Part shown: piece by piece, positions 46,003 to 55,795 of the stretch | How the letters are laid out: every line of letters starts with the position of its first letter | How positions within the stretch are numbered: position 1 is the stretch's first letter | DNA from: an uncultured Parachlamydiaceae bacterium | GTDB lineage: Bacteria; Chlamydiota; Chlamydiia; Chlamydiales; Parachlamydiaceae | NCBI GenBank assembly: GCA_963752155.1 | Contig: CAVVXH010000010.1 | Span: forward strand, 96,001-160,000 | Direction of reading: 5' to 3' | Length of the DNA: 64,000 nt | The notes under the pieces: model-generated | What the model was told of the DNA's origin: nothing | Databases searched by the model: none | Seen by the model: the letters and a program-made list of their open reading frames with translations, nothing else | Translations under genes and position numbers: made by a program

Positions 46003-48826
46003 TTCTTTGACGATTTCTTTTAGGATATCCACAATGATCTCATTATCTTTAGGATCAAGTCCAGGATTGATTCGAATGTTTACATGATTGACATCGGGGA
46101 TAAAATTAAAATTTGGATGATAAAAACCGAAACTCCCTCTAGAGTGGACTTTTCGACCTGCCTCCATCATTTTATTATAGAAAATCGTTTCTATTGTACG
46201 ATAATCCATTTTCCCAAGAACTTTGATATCAATGAAAGCTGGATCCATTCCTGAATCGACAGTGCTGACTATAACTGGGCTATTAGGATCTTTAAGTTCT
46301 GCAGGAATCTTATTTATTATTTCTCTGCTGTTTTTAAAAATTAAAGCACGATAGTCGTCTAGTTGTTGAGGGGCATACTTATTTAGAAGACAAAACCATT
46401 GTTTGCTTAATGGATCTGTATTAAAAACCTCCTCAGTTTTCAATGCCTTGAAAGCTTCCCATTGCTTTTCGCCATTGTTGATCATATAAAACGGAGATCC
46501 ATAATAATTGTCCATTCCTAACATTTCGAATTTTTGACCACTGCGAAAAAAGACTACATTTAGACTGCCTTCTTCAATTTCTTTAGAAAATCGATTGAGA
46601 AATTGTTGAGCTTTTTTTGAATTGACTAAATCGATTGTTGAATCAATTGCCACCGTCAAAGGTTTAGGTTTCCCATCCATTAATTTTTCATTAATTTTTA
46701 ATAGTTTTGCTACATCACCAATTACATCACCTGGCACATAGTGATGATAATCTTTATTAATATTAATATTATGGTTGAATTCTCCTACATATAGATCGAC
46801 TCCTGATTCCACCGGATGAGCTAATACTTCATTCATTCCTCTATTTTTTCCAACGACATCGATTTCTTCAAAGTAAGAATTTTCCCCATGCACAATTTGA
46901 GGGTTAGGAGTTGTACTCATGACGAGGGTGCAAATCCCAGCAAATGTATTCATAGCGGATTTAGAAATTCCTGCTTGAACATGATCTTGTAAAATTTCAG
47001 GCACGATATGAAGCTGTTGTTTGTATATATTTTCAAATTCGCTATCCTTCATTGGCCGAGTTAATTGAAGGAATGTTGCCAATTCACTATGTACAAGTTC
47101 AATAGCTTCTGAAAATTTGATAAAATCATCACTCTGGAGGGATGCTGTTGCCAAATGTTGAGTCATGCGATATAGGCAAGTCTGTAATAAGGAGCGCTTT
47201 GTAAGGTGATCTGCGCGTTCAGTTTCAGACAAGCCTACAGGCTCTTTATTGAGAGCGTTCCATTTTTCTTCTGTAATCTCCCCTAATGCACCCTTAACAA
47301 GTCGAATGGTTGATAACCCCAAGATTGAAGTCATGGATTGTGGGTCGGAGAGATAAGTATTTTCTGTTTCCGTTTTCAGGAGCAATATTACTTTACATTC
47401 TCAACTGATGTAATTGACTTCTGCAGATTTGCGGGCCCATTACCTATACTTTTTAAATAGCCCATTTCCATCTTCCTTTCAAATTCTGTGAAAAGATTCG
47501 TGCCGGTCACACTTTTGGTACTTGGAAAATAGACTGTAAGTTGAGAGCCGGGTACTGAATACTCTGCTTTTCTAATCTCAAGTGGTCCTATATTTATTAA
47601 TTTATCAATAGATAGAAATTCATTAACATTTTTGCGAAGTGAAACTGCGCCCATGCGAAGTCCACTTAATTTAATTAAATCTCCTAATTCAAAAGATGAT
47701 TTTGTTTCAAATAATGGTAAGGTTATTATTGCTCCGAAATCTTTTATTGGTATTCGACATACAGTAATAATATTTTTCTTAATATAATTTTTAATTCTCT
47801 CTTCGTCATCTTTAGAATTAAATATAGAAGGGTCAGATTTTTTTATTTCATCTATAGTTGAGTCTATCAATGTATCAATTTTTTTACGGGCAACGTCAAA
47901 TTTTTCATTAAATTCTGCTTCTTTTTTTTGATCCCCATCAGTATAGGCTAACTGGCCTAAATCTTTTGAAAGGTCAAATAAAATCCCTTTAGTTAAATTT
48001 TTACCTAAAGGATCTTCTGTATTGTCATGCAAATGTTGAATTAAAATATCCTTCATCTTTGTTGCTCCTGACTGATCCTCAATATCGATGGGATTAAATT
48101 GTAATGGGAAGATTGAATCAATATTTACTGTATCTAAAATATACAGTTGACATAATGGGTTAGATTGAACTGTGTTTGCAAGCAAAGATGAAATTTTTGT
48201 GTTAAAATCTCGTGTGAGTTTATTACCTTCCCTGTGATATTCATGATTAGTAAAAAATCCTAGTTGGAATAAATTTTTAAAATTTTCTTCTTTTATTTTT
48301 TCTTCATTTGTCAAGACATAGGGAACCGGCTAAAACAAATAGGAGCTGCCTTGGCTAGGTAATTCAAAATTAAAAACCCTATTTCTTTTTTGACGCTATC
48401 TGATTTAGCTGTGTTGTAAGCATTGAGCATTAATCCTAGATTTATTTGCCATTCCAAAGTGAATTTTGGAATTGCATCTGAACTAGAATCACTTAATAGC
48501 CCGCTGGATCCAGGTGTAGTAACTTGAATATTTTTAATAGCTTCTTTAAAAGCTAATTTGTCAACTTTATCAGAGAGTAAACGAACCAATTCGTGAGATG
48601 TTTCCACACTTTGAGTTAATTTTATGGGAGGTACTTCTCCTTTTTTTTGGTATTCGGATAGAATTGATTCTAATTCTTTTGTTGCCTTTATATGATTTGA
48701 GGCCCATTCGGGCATTACTCCCATCTCTGTTTGGATCCATGTTAATAATCGGCCTAAATATTCAGATTCTATATAACTCTTTGCTATTTCGCCTGTAGAT
48801 TCAGCGTGATTTATAGCAGATAACAT
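45988..48826 (-). pseudogene. Large protein with C-terminal Cys/Met-metabolism-like PLP domain, frameshifted (paralogue B)
   Basis: ORFs 48311-48826, 47388-48314 and 45988-47385 abut. Shared PEWASNH/PDWAMNH and NYLAKAAPI/NYLYKAAPI, plus SAMNT, GEFNHN, AIDST, SGQKF, SRGSFG and IRINPG. Confidence 0.65.
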
Positions 48827-49041
48827 TTTTTGATTAATATTGTATTATTATTACTGCTTGTGTCAGTATTCATTATATTACCTCTATATGTAAATAAAAA
48901 TAACTAATTAATTGCAGTCTATAATTAATATTATATTATTATAAACTAAATTGTGTCAAATATGATAAATGATTGGAATTGAGGAAAAAAATATAGCATA
49001 ACACAATAGAATTTAGCTAAATAAATCTTTTTGAGTGATAG

Positions 49042-49124
49042 CGTGAAAGTTATTACTGGCGTAATTACAAGTTAAATTAATAAAAAATTTTTTGGAGTGC
49101 GTGTGGCTCTGCCACCGCGCGAGA
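49042..49124. repeat. Solo arm of the 41668-41924 element
   Basis: AAAGTTATTACTGGCGTAATTACAAGTTAAATTAATAAAAAATTTTTTGGAGTGCGTGTGGCTCTGCCACCGCGCG is nearly identical to the 41676-41751 arm. Confidence 0.85.
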
Positions 49125-49389
49125 GGTAGACGATAAAAACGATAAGAACGATAGGAACGATAAAAATTTGTGGAATACTGGTACGTCCACAGATTCTTAA
49201 AGGTTTCTTCTAGATTAGTCGAAAAGTCCTCATGGCTCTGCAATCTTTTCCATTCCAATTTCTATGCCGGAAATTTACTAACAAACCAAAAAACAACAGT
49301 TCAGAATGGTGCACGTGAATTCATGATAAGGGGATTTCTTGTCTTCTTCCATCGTTCTTATCGTTTCTTAATGTCTCTATTTAATAGCA

Positions 49390-49858
49390 TTACTCAGATA
49401 TTGAGTAAAATCCCTCAGATAGATTTCCAATAAAAGGAGGATTTTTTCGGAGCTTAAGTTGAATATAACGAGATTGTTGATCAAAACAATGGGGATTAAA
49501 TTGGGGATTCCCTTGATTTGGATCGCCTAAGATTTGGCCTGATTCTCCTAACGCAAGAATACTTTTCATATGAATATGCTCTGGAGTGAATTCCGCAATC
49601 ATATAAAATCCTGAAGCATTAAAGATGTTCATCGTTTGAACAGAGCCCAGAATGAGATTATTGAAGCTATAGACTCCTCGTTGCCCTTTTCCCCAGGGAC
49701 GAGCATAAAGCCGCCTAAGATATCCAAAGCATAGTCAAGAGATTCCACGGTAATCTGATCAACAGGGGGGGTTAGTTAGCCATCCATCGAAGAATACCTT
49801 GTTTTTATAGGCAAGTTTTAAAATTCTTGAAAGCGTGTTGCCGGGGCCTACGATACTA
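49390..49858 (-). pseudogene. Orphan duplicate of the 3' end of the penicillin acylase gene
   Basis: 49397-49858 is near-identical to 55809-56273 with a few substitutions and small indels. ORF 49390-49632 repeats the last ~80 aa. Confidence 0.92.
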
Positions 49859-49961
49859 AAATTAAATGGCTTTACGCAGCATTGAGAGGGTTGGAAGTCA
49901 ATCCAAACCAATTTAAGGGCCATAGGATATTTTGTGTACTGAAAAAACTCAATAGAAAAGT

Positions 49962-50762
49962 CTAGCCTTGTATATCTCGAATCATTTTTTGCACCGATTT
50001 ATAGAGATCGCTGCTAGCAGGGACCTTACGCAATTGCTCAAGGGCTTTTGACTTATCATATTTGTTCAAATAGGCCCTACTCAATATGACACGCCCATAG
50101 TTTGCTAGGGCTTTATTCGACAGAGTGTCGACTATATTAGATAAGTTTATGAGAGAATCTGTAGGTATATCCTTTGGGGGAAAGATAACTGCAGAAATCA
50201 TTATAACAAATTTGATTGTATTCTCAATCCCCGCTTGTTCATTTGCCGGGTAGTATTTCTTAATCTCGTTAAATTTTTTTTGATTAAATGAAAATGATCT
50301 AGAACCCCACCTGCCTACGTAACCTTGTTTTATCAAGATTTTTTTGTGCTCTTTAATTTTTGCGTATGGAATTTTCAGCCCCTTAGTTTTTTGGAATTTT
50401 AATATGATCCGATATGTTCTGTTGACAAGTTCATTCATCTGAGTATTAATCTCACGGGTCGCAAGCTTATAATTGTCCACATGCCGATCTGCAAAGTAAT
50501 ACGTAATCCCGCCCCCCACGACCTCAGCAACTGCAGTCGCACCTGCAATTGCCCAAAAAGCTGGATTCGCTATTAATGTTATAGCTGCCAGAGCGCCTAT
50601 TCCACCTCCAACGACTCCCCCTACTCCAACACCCCCCGCTTTTATTAAAATTTCTTGAGCAGGTGAATATTGCTCTGCAGCTTTAGCTAACAGTTCACGA
50701 TCCACTGCATCCACAAACTGCATATGGCCTTCCGTGTTCCGAAGTAGCTCCCCTACATTCAT
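49962..50762 (-). CDS. Hypothetical membrane protein with Gly-rich bilobed hydrophobic hairpin (Inc-like), paralogue 2
   Basis: ~50-aa hydrophobic Gly-rich stretch broken by NP, then helical region and TPR-like C-terminus. Clearly paralogous to 50789-51598. AGGAGG RBS. Confidence 0.75.
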   Translation of the reverse strand: MNVGELLRNTEGHMQFVDAVDRELLAKAAEQYSPAQEILIKAGGVGVGGVVGGGIGALAAITLIANPAFWAIAGATAVAEVVGGGITYYFADRHVDNYKLATREINTQMNELVNRTYRIILKFQKTKGLKIPYAKIKEHKKILIKQGYVGRWGSRSFSFNQKKFNEIKKYYPANEQAGIENTIKFVIMISAVIFPPKDIPTDSLINLSNIVDTLSNKALANYGRVILSRAYLNKYDKSKALEQLRKVPASSDLYKSVQKMIRDIQG

Positions 50763-50788
50763 AGATCCCTCCTAAAAACTTACGTTAA

Positions 50789-51598
50789 CTATCCATGTTG
50801 AATATTCCTAATCATCCTTTGAACTGGTTCATAAAGATCACTATTACTAGGAACCTTACCCAGTTGCTCAAGGGCTTTTGGCTTATCAAATTTATTCAAA
50901 TAAGCCCTGGCCAATAGGATACGTCCATAATTTGAAATTGCCTGATTCGAAAGAGATCCAACTACCTTAGATAAGTTTTCGATAACAGAATCTGTGGGCG
51001 ACTCACTTGCAGGGAGAATAACAACAGAACACAGAGATAGGAATTTGATTGTGTTTTCTACTTCTGCTTGTGCATTTGCCTGATAGCATTTCTTAATCTT
51101 ATCAAATTTTTGCTGATTGAATGAAAATGATGTAGAATTCCACGTGTTTACATAACCTTGTTCCATCAGGATTGTCTTATTACTTGCAATTTTGCTAGCT
51201 GGGACAGTTACTCCTTGAGTTTCTTGGTAGGCTAACATAATGCCATACGTCCTACTAACTAGGTCTTTCATTTGAGTACTAATTAGATCGGCTTCCGCCT
51301 TGCAACTTTGTATGTGGCGGTTTGTAAAATAATAAGCTATTCCACCTACAGCAACTCCACCGATCCCAGCGCTACCTGCCAATGCCCAAAAGCTTGGATT
51401 CTCTATAAATGCTATCACGGCAAGATAGCCTATCCCACCACCGATAACCGCCCCTCCTCCAGTACTTACAGCCTTCAACAAAATTGCTTGTGCAGGTGAA
51501 TAAAATTCTGCAGCCCTATTCGCCAGTTCTCGATCCACTACATTCACTAACTGTGCACACCCCTCCATGGCACGAAGCTGATTTCCAACATTGAACAT
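50789..51598 (-). CDS. Hypothetical membrane protein with Gly-rich bilobed hydrophobic hairpin (Inc-like), paralogue 1
   Basis: Same architecture as the neighbour (YSPAQ, SFSFNQ.KF, NYGR..L.RAYLNK.DK..ALEQL). AAGGAGG RBS. Confidence 0.75.
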   Translation of the reverse strand: MFNVGNQLRAMEGCAQLVNVVDRELANRAAEFYSPAQAILLKAVSTGGGAVIGGGIGYLAVIAFIENPSFWALAGSAGIGGVAVGGIAYYFTNRHIQSCKAEADLISTQMKDLVSRTYGIMLAYQETQGVTVPASKIASNKTILMEQGYVNTWNSTSFSFNQQKFDKIKKCYQANAQAEVENTIKFLSLCSVVILPASESPTDSVIENLSKVVGSLSNQAISNYGRILLARAYLNKFDKPKALEQLGKVPSNSDLYEPVQRMIRNIQHG

Positions 51599-51628
51599 AT
51601 ATGCCTCCTTATGGCTTTTAATCGTCTC

Positions 51629-52726
51629 TTAAAATTTGTCTGGTCGTAATTGTCTTGCAATCTCTCTTATATTTTCTGACTCTCTTTCTACAAGATCATT
51701 TCCTAGATCACACAATTCTTGGATAGTTGCTGGTTTGACATCATCCAAATCTATTTCTCTTTCCATCTTTGGATTCATCCTCCAATATCTTCCGTGTAGT
51801 TTAGATTGAAGATTTTGATTCACTGTATTACACTGGGTTGCATTCACTGTGGTAAATATCTGCTTTGCCCAGTAAAAGAGATTATGATGTTCATCTGGCC
51901 CTCCAATTCCTTCAATATCGGCAAATCCTGTGCCCAAAGACAAAACATACTCCGCATCAGGCCTTACACCTTGCCTTTCAGCATAAAAACAGGCCTCCTG
52001 TGCTGGGTTGTTATATCCAAGACCCCCATCTACATAGGCTCTATTGGCAATCTTCTTATTGAGGAAATAAGTAGGAGCCGCTGAAGTCGCTCCAGCAACA
52101 TCTTTTAAAGCTAAAAAAGCATCTTCAGAATCTCTGTTGTTAAAAAAATGAGCCTGCGGTACAGGCGTAGTAATATCGATAGCCGGGATGTAAATATTAG
52201 TGCTAACATCCTTTAACAATTGTTCGCCAAACATATCATTGGCTAACTTATCAAGTCCATCTCTTGTATAAGTCGGGCAATCGATCAACTTTTTTACACC
52301 TTTGAGCTTTGCTTCACCTACAAGCCTAGACACAGCATAAGTAGAAATATCATGTAACCTCTTACCCGGATTGGGCATAAATATTTTATTCGCTTCAGTC
52401 TCATACAAATGTAAAACGTTTTTCGCTGTAAGTTGCTGAGGCGAACCCGTCAAGGACAATGCAATAATCCCACCTGTTGAGGTTCCAGAAATTAAATCAA
52501 ATGTGTCACTCACAGGACCAATGTGACCTTCAAGCTCTACTAGAACTTTTAAGGGAACAATTCCTCGAATACCACCTCCGTCAATTGAAAGAATTTTAAA
52601 ACGCCCATCATTTCTTGCTTCCATTTTACTCAATAAAGAGGGTGGATGGTAATTGGCACGATTTCCTAAAAAGCTAAAAGGGTTAAGTGGTGGTTCAGTA
52701 TCCATAGAATCTCTTAGCACGAACAT
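51629..52726 (-). CDS. Patatin-like phospholipase
   Basis: ILSIDGGGIRG, nucleophile GTSTG, SAAPTYF, catalytic DGG, NNP and LSLGTG motifs. Confidence 0.93.
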   Translation of the reverse strand: MFVLRDSMDTEPPLNPFSFLGNRANYHPPSLLSKMEARNDGRFKILSIDGGGIRGIVPLKVLVELEGHIGPVSDTFDLISGTSTGGIIALSLTGSPQQLTAKNVLHLYETEANKIFMPNPGKRLHDISTYAVSRLVGEAKLKGVKKLIDCPTYTRDGLDKLANDMFGEQLLKDVSTNIYIPAIDITTPVPQAHFFNNRDSEDAFLALKDVAGATSAAPTYFLNKKIANRAYVDGGLGYNNPAQEACFYAERQGVRPDAEYVLSLGTGFADIEGIGGPDEHHNLFYWAKQIFTTVNATQCNTVNQNLQSKLHGRYWRMNPKMEREIDLDDVKPATIQELCDLGNDLVERESENIREIARQLRPDKF

Positions 52727-52805
52727 GTTTCCTCCTTACTAGTTTATCTTTTCCTTGTATAGTTTTTTCTAAAAGTGGTCAAGCGTTTTTTTAATGATTT
52801 TTAAT

Positions 52806-53026
52806 CGCGCAAAAAAATTTCGCCATATTTAATAATTCTAGAAACGGCAGTTCAAGATGATAAAGTGATGCAAGCTTTTGAGTTAGAATCGCTTCTGATG
52901 GGGGGCGATCATTCCCAAAAGGTGAAGGCGCCCCCCATCAGAAGCGATTCTGGCTCAAAAGATTGCGTCAATTTATCGTCTTCAACTGCCGTTTCTAGGA
53001 TAATATGCTGAAATTTTTTTGGTGCG
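52806..53026. repeat. Long palindrome (core 52837-52998) with outer AT-rich arms
   Basis: CTAGAAACGGCAGTT...AGAATCGCTTCTGATGGGGGGCG pairs with CGCCCCCCATCAGAAGCGATTCT...AACTGCCGTTTCTAG. Outer arms are AAAAAAATTTC..CATATT / AATATG..GAAATTTTTTT. Confidence 0.85.
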
Positions 53027-53183
53027 CCCAGCATGGGCACATCCTAGTTGAATGAAAGATCAACCTTAGCCCTGATAGGAGGGAATATGTAGACGAAAGC
53101 AAGGGTGACCGAAGAAACCATACGAGGCGCTGTTAATAAGTGGGTGAAGAGGACGGAAGCCGTAAGGCCTCCTACTACTCGAT
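53022..53183 (+). mobile_element. Internally deleted, ORF-less group II intron remnant (class IIC-like)
   Basis: 5' end GTGCGCCCAGCATGGGC; internal TAG-N-CGAAAGCAAGGGTG; 3' end ...GTGAAGAGGACGG...CCTCCTACTACTCGAT, resembling degenerate domains V/VI. Lies directly after a hairpin plus T-run. Confidence 0.7.
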
Positions 53184-53224
53184 CAGCTGTTAAATTTATC
53201 TCGAGAAAGATTTTAATCCGTGGA

Positions 53225-55480
53225 TCACCGTGTCATTCGCATTTCTGCCCATTTCATTAAAAATCCCAATTCATTTAAAATGATATGATACGCCTCAGCA
53301 GCCTTTTGCCTAATTAGCTTAACTTCATCGTTGGGATACTGAAAACGATTGTCCACTTCTTCGAGGGCTGTGGAAATCAAAGAATATTCATAGTTAACTT
53401 TCTTCAAAGAAGCGGTTTTTTCTAATCCTAAATAACTGTAAGCATACCCTAGTAATTGTTTCTGGTCTTCCTCTCTTTTTGGGTAATACCTAGACTGATA
53501 ATAGTTTACAGCTTCGGAAATAATATCGATGCCAATAGCTGTCAAAGGAGCATAAGGAAAGAACAGCGCTGTTATAGCAGCTACTTCACAGGCAACTTTG
53601 TAGATTCTTTTGTTGTAAACTGCCATGGATAAACTAATAGACCGTACAGGCAAATTCAGTAAATGTGTCTTTGGAACAGAGTCTTTAAGTACTTGACAAA
53701 AAGTGTTTAAAACAATTGACATACAGGTGATCAAGGTTTGTTTATTTGGCAAATTGGACCCAATTGTAAACTTTCCAATTTCACGATTAGTTGGAGGTAC
53801 AGACAGCACTTCATATTTAATTACTGTGATCCCATTGCCCTGGGTTATCGTCTGACATCCATTCGATAAATCAGAAAACCATCCCCCTGTTGTTGGAACA
53901 TGAGATGATATAGTAAGCAGAACCTGTTTAAGCTGAATCTGTCTAGGTATATTTTCTTCTAGGGGGTGGAGCTGCGTGAGTTTTGAATTGATTCTATAGC
54001 CTTGTTCTAAATGAGGAACCACAGACTTAGTATCCATTGAAAAAGTTGTCTTGGGTTCTAAAAAATAAGCAGGCATGTCATTAGCATTCATTGCTTGACG
54101 TATGTAGTTGAAGAACTCGTACTGATCTCTCTGTTTTTCTATTAAGCGACCCCAAGTATTAATGGCCTCATAGTATTCCCCTAAATCCTGTAAGGCAAAA
54201 CCGTAAATGATAGAGTCTTTTGGAAGGTACGAAAGTGCTTCTCGCTTTTCATTTTTTAAGAAGAGTTTTAATCCTATGATTGGGTTTAATAAACTTGTCA
54301 GCTCTTCCATCACTTTTTGTGAATAAGTAACGAAGTAATCAACCCCTCCCTTTAGAAAGGATGGAATGTGATTAGAAAGAGGGTAACGCCTTTGAGTAAT
54401 GTTTGCAATCAAATTAATAACTCGAATTAAATATTCGATATTCATCGAGTGACAAAACAATTGAATACAATTATTGATTTCAAAATGTTCTTTCAGCTTC
54501 ATTTTACTTAACTGTGTTATGAATTCTCGACACAATTTCGTCCCCTCGAATTTGACTCTGTCTTCTCTTGGAACATTTGAACCAATCACGAATTTGCTGC
54601 TTACCACCCAGTCATGTAGCTCATGTACAAGATCACGCTTTTCTTTCTCGATTCCGTTCGGACAATAACGGATAGCCAAACGCAAATATTTTTCGTATTC
54701 AGAAGGATTGTTATCTTTGAAACAATCCTTTAAAGAGCTGTAAAGCTTGTAGGTAACAATGTGCTTAGGTAAAGGTTGAACTTTTTGGATTAGGTCTTTT
54801 TCAATGATGTTTGTTAGTTGATCAACTTTAGTTAAGGCTTCTAGAAGAAGAAATTTCCTTTGTTCGATGTATGTTGCATTCAAAGCTTGTTGCCATAAGC
54901 TCAAGATTTCCAATGCGAAGTAGTGAGATCTGACGCAGGCTATGGCTTCATTTATCTTTCCAAAACGCAGAAAAACAATAATGCATAACAAAGAAAAATG
55001 ATGATCATGGATGCTAGTTGGCTGATGTTGCTCAACACAAGCCAACGCATCTTCCCAGAATTCATCACGGACTAGGGTAGCCAATCTCACGAAAGGATCA
55101 GAAGAATAAGAAGAAAACAATGCAGAAATAAAAGTATCAATTTCATGTTGACTAACACCACACTCTTCCACAGCCCCCTTAACTAGTTGAAAGAGTTCTG
55201 TGCATAGGGTCTTTTCGTCTGTTCCTACTTTATCTGGATGAATCCACTTCGCAAGTTCCTTATAATGTTTAATAATAGCAGATGGTTCGCTCGAAAAAGG
55301 AGCATCTAATCCAAAAAGCTTCTGTAAGGGTCGGATTTTTGGATTATCTTTCAAAAATCTTAAATAACCTTCCCTACCTTCTCTAGTTTGAACATCTGTT
55401 GTAGATACTTTTCTTATTCCAATTGGAAGTGCTGAAAAAAAATCAGTTTTGAGAGATGCGTCCCAAGATGTGCCAAACAT
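53225..55480 (-). CDS. Protein with N-terminal J domain, helical/TPR-like middle and C-terminal degenerate J-like domain
   Basis: IIKHYKELAKWIHPDK...ELFQLVKGA near the N-terminus. AYSYLGLEKTASLKKVNYEY...AAEAYHII near the C-terminus lacks HPD and is preceded by a hydrophobic segment. Confidence 0.7.
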   Translation of the reverse strand: MFGTSWDASLKTDFFSALPIGIRKVSTTDVQTREGREGYLRFLKDNPKIRPLQKLFGLDAPFSSEPSAIIKHYKELAKWIHPDKVGTDEKTLCTELFQLVKGAVEECGVSQHEIDTFISALFSSYSSDPFVRLATLVRDEFWEDALACVEQHQPTSIHDHHFSLLCIIVFLRFGKINEAIACVRSHYFALEILSLWQQALNATYIEQRKFLLLEALTKVDQLTNIIEKDLIQKVQPLPKHIVTYKLYSSLKDCFKDNNPSEYEKYLRLAIRYCPNGIEKEKRDLVHELHDWVVSSKFVIGSNVPREDRVKFEGTKLCREFITQLSKMKLKEHFEINNCIQLFCHSMNIEYLIRVINLIANITQRRYPLSNHIPSFLKGGVDYFVTYSQKVMEELTSLLNPIIGLKLFLKNEKREALSYLPKDSIIYGFALQDLGEYYEAINTWGRLIEKQRDQYEFFNYIRQAMNANDMPAYFLEPKTTFSMDTKSVVPHLEQGYRINSKLTQLHPLEENIPRQIQLKQVLLTISSHVPTTGGWFSDLSNGCQTITQGNGITVIKYEVLSVPPTNREIGKFTIGSNLPNKQTLITCMSIVLNTFCQVLKDSVPKTHLLNLPVRSISLSMAVYNKRIYKVACEVAAITALFFPYAPLTAIGIDIISEAVNYYQSRYYPKREEDQKQLLGYAYSYLGLEKTASLKKVNYEYSLISTALEEVDNRFQYPNDEVKLIRQKAAEAYHIILNELGFLMKWAEMRMTR

Positions 55481-55732
55481 GAGCTACTCCTTATTTTTTA
55501 GGTCTAAATATTTATGTAACTAAAAACTTTCGAGCCTCATTTTAATGCTTTACCGATATTTTCTATGGCAATAAAATTGGGTTGGATTTTTGATTTTCTC
55601 AACTTCGAATCCTAGGTCTCTCTAGTTTCTGTTGATAGCAACTTGCCTTACATTTAAGGGAAATTTACCAACTAAAACCACTATGGCATGAATGGTTATT
55701 ACAGTTCAATATCTATTTTTCGTTAACTATTT

Positions 55733-55777
55733 TCATAAACTTTCGATGAACCCCGTTGGGGATCATCGAAAGTTTAC
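55733..55777. terminator. Hairpin downstream of the acylase gene
   Basis: TAAACTTTCGATGAACCCC-GTT-GGGGATCATCGAAAGTTTA. Confidence 0.5.
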
Positions 55778-55795
55778 GAGTAAGACATAAAAAGG

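Noticed and set aside
51629..52726. CBASS (CapV-like patatin)
   Set aside because: No CD-NTase, E1/E2, JAB or HORMA/TRIP13 gene is recognisable nearby.
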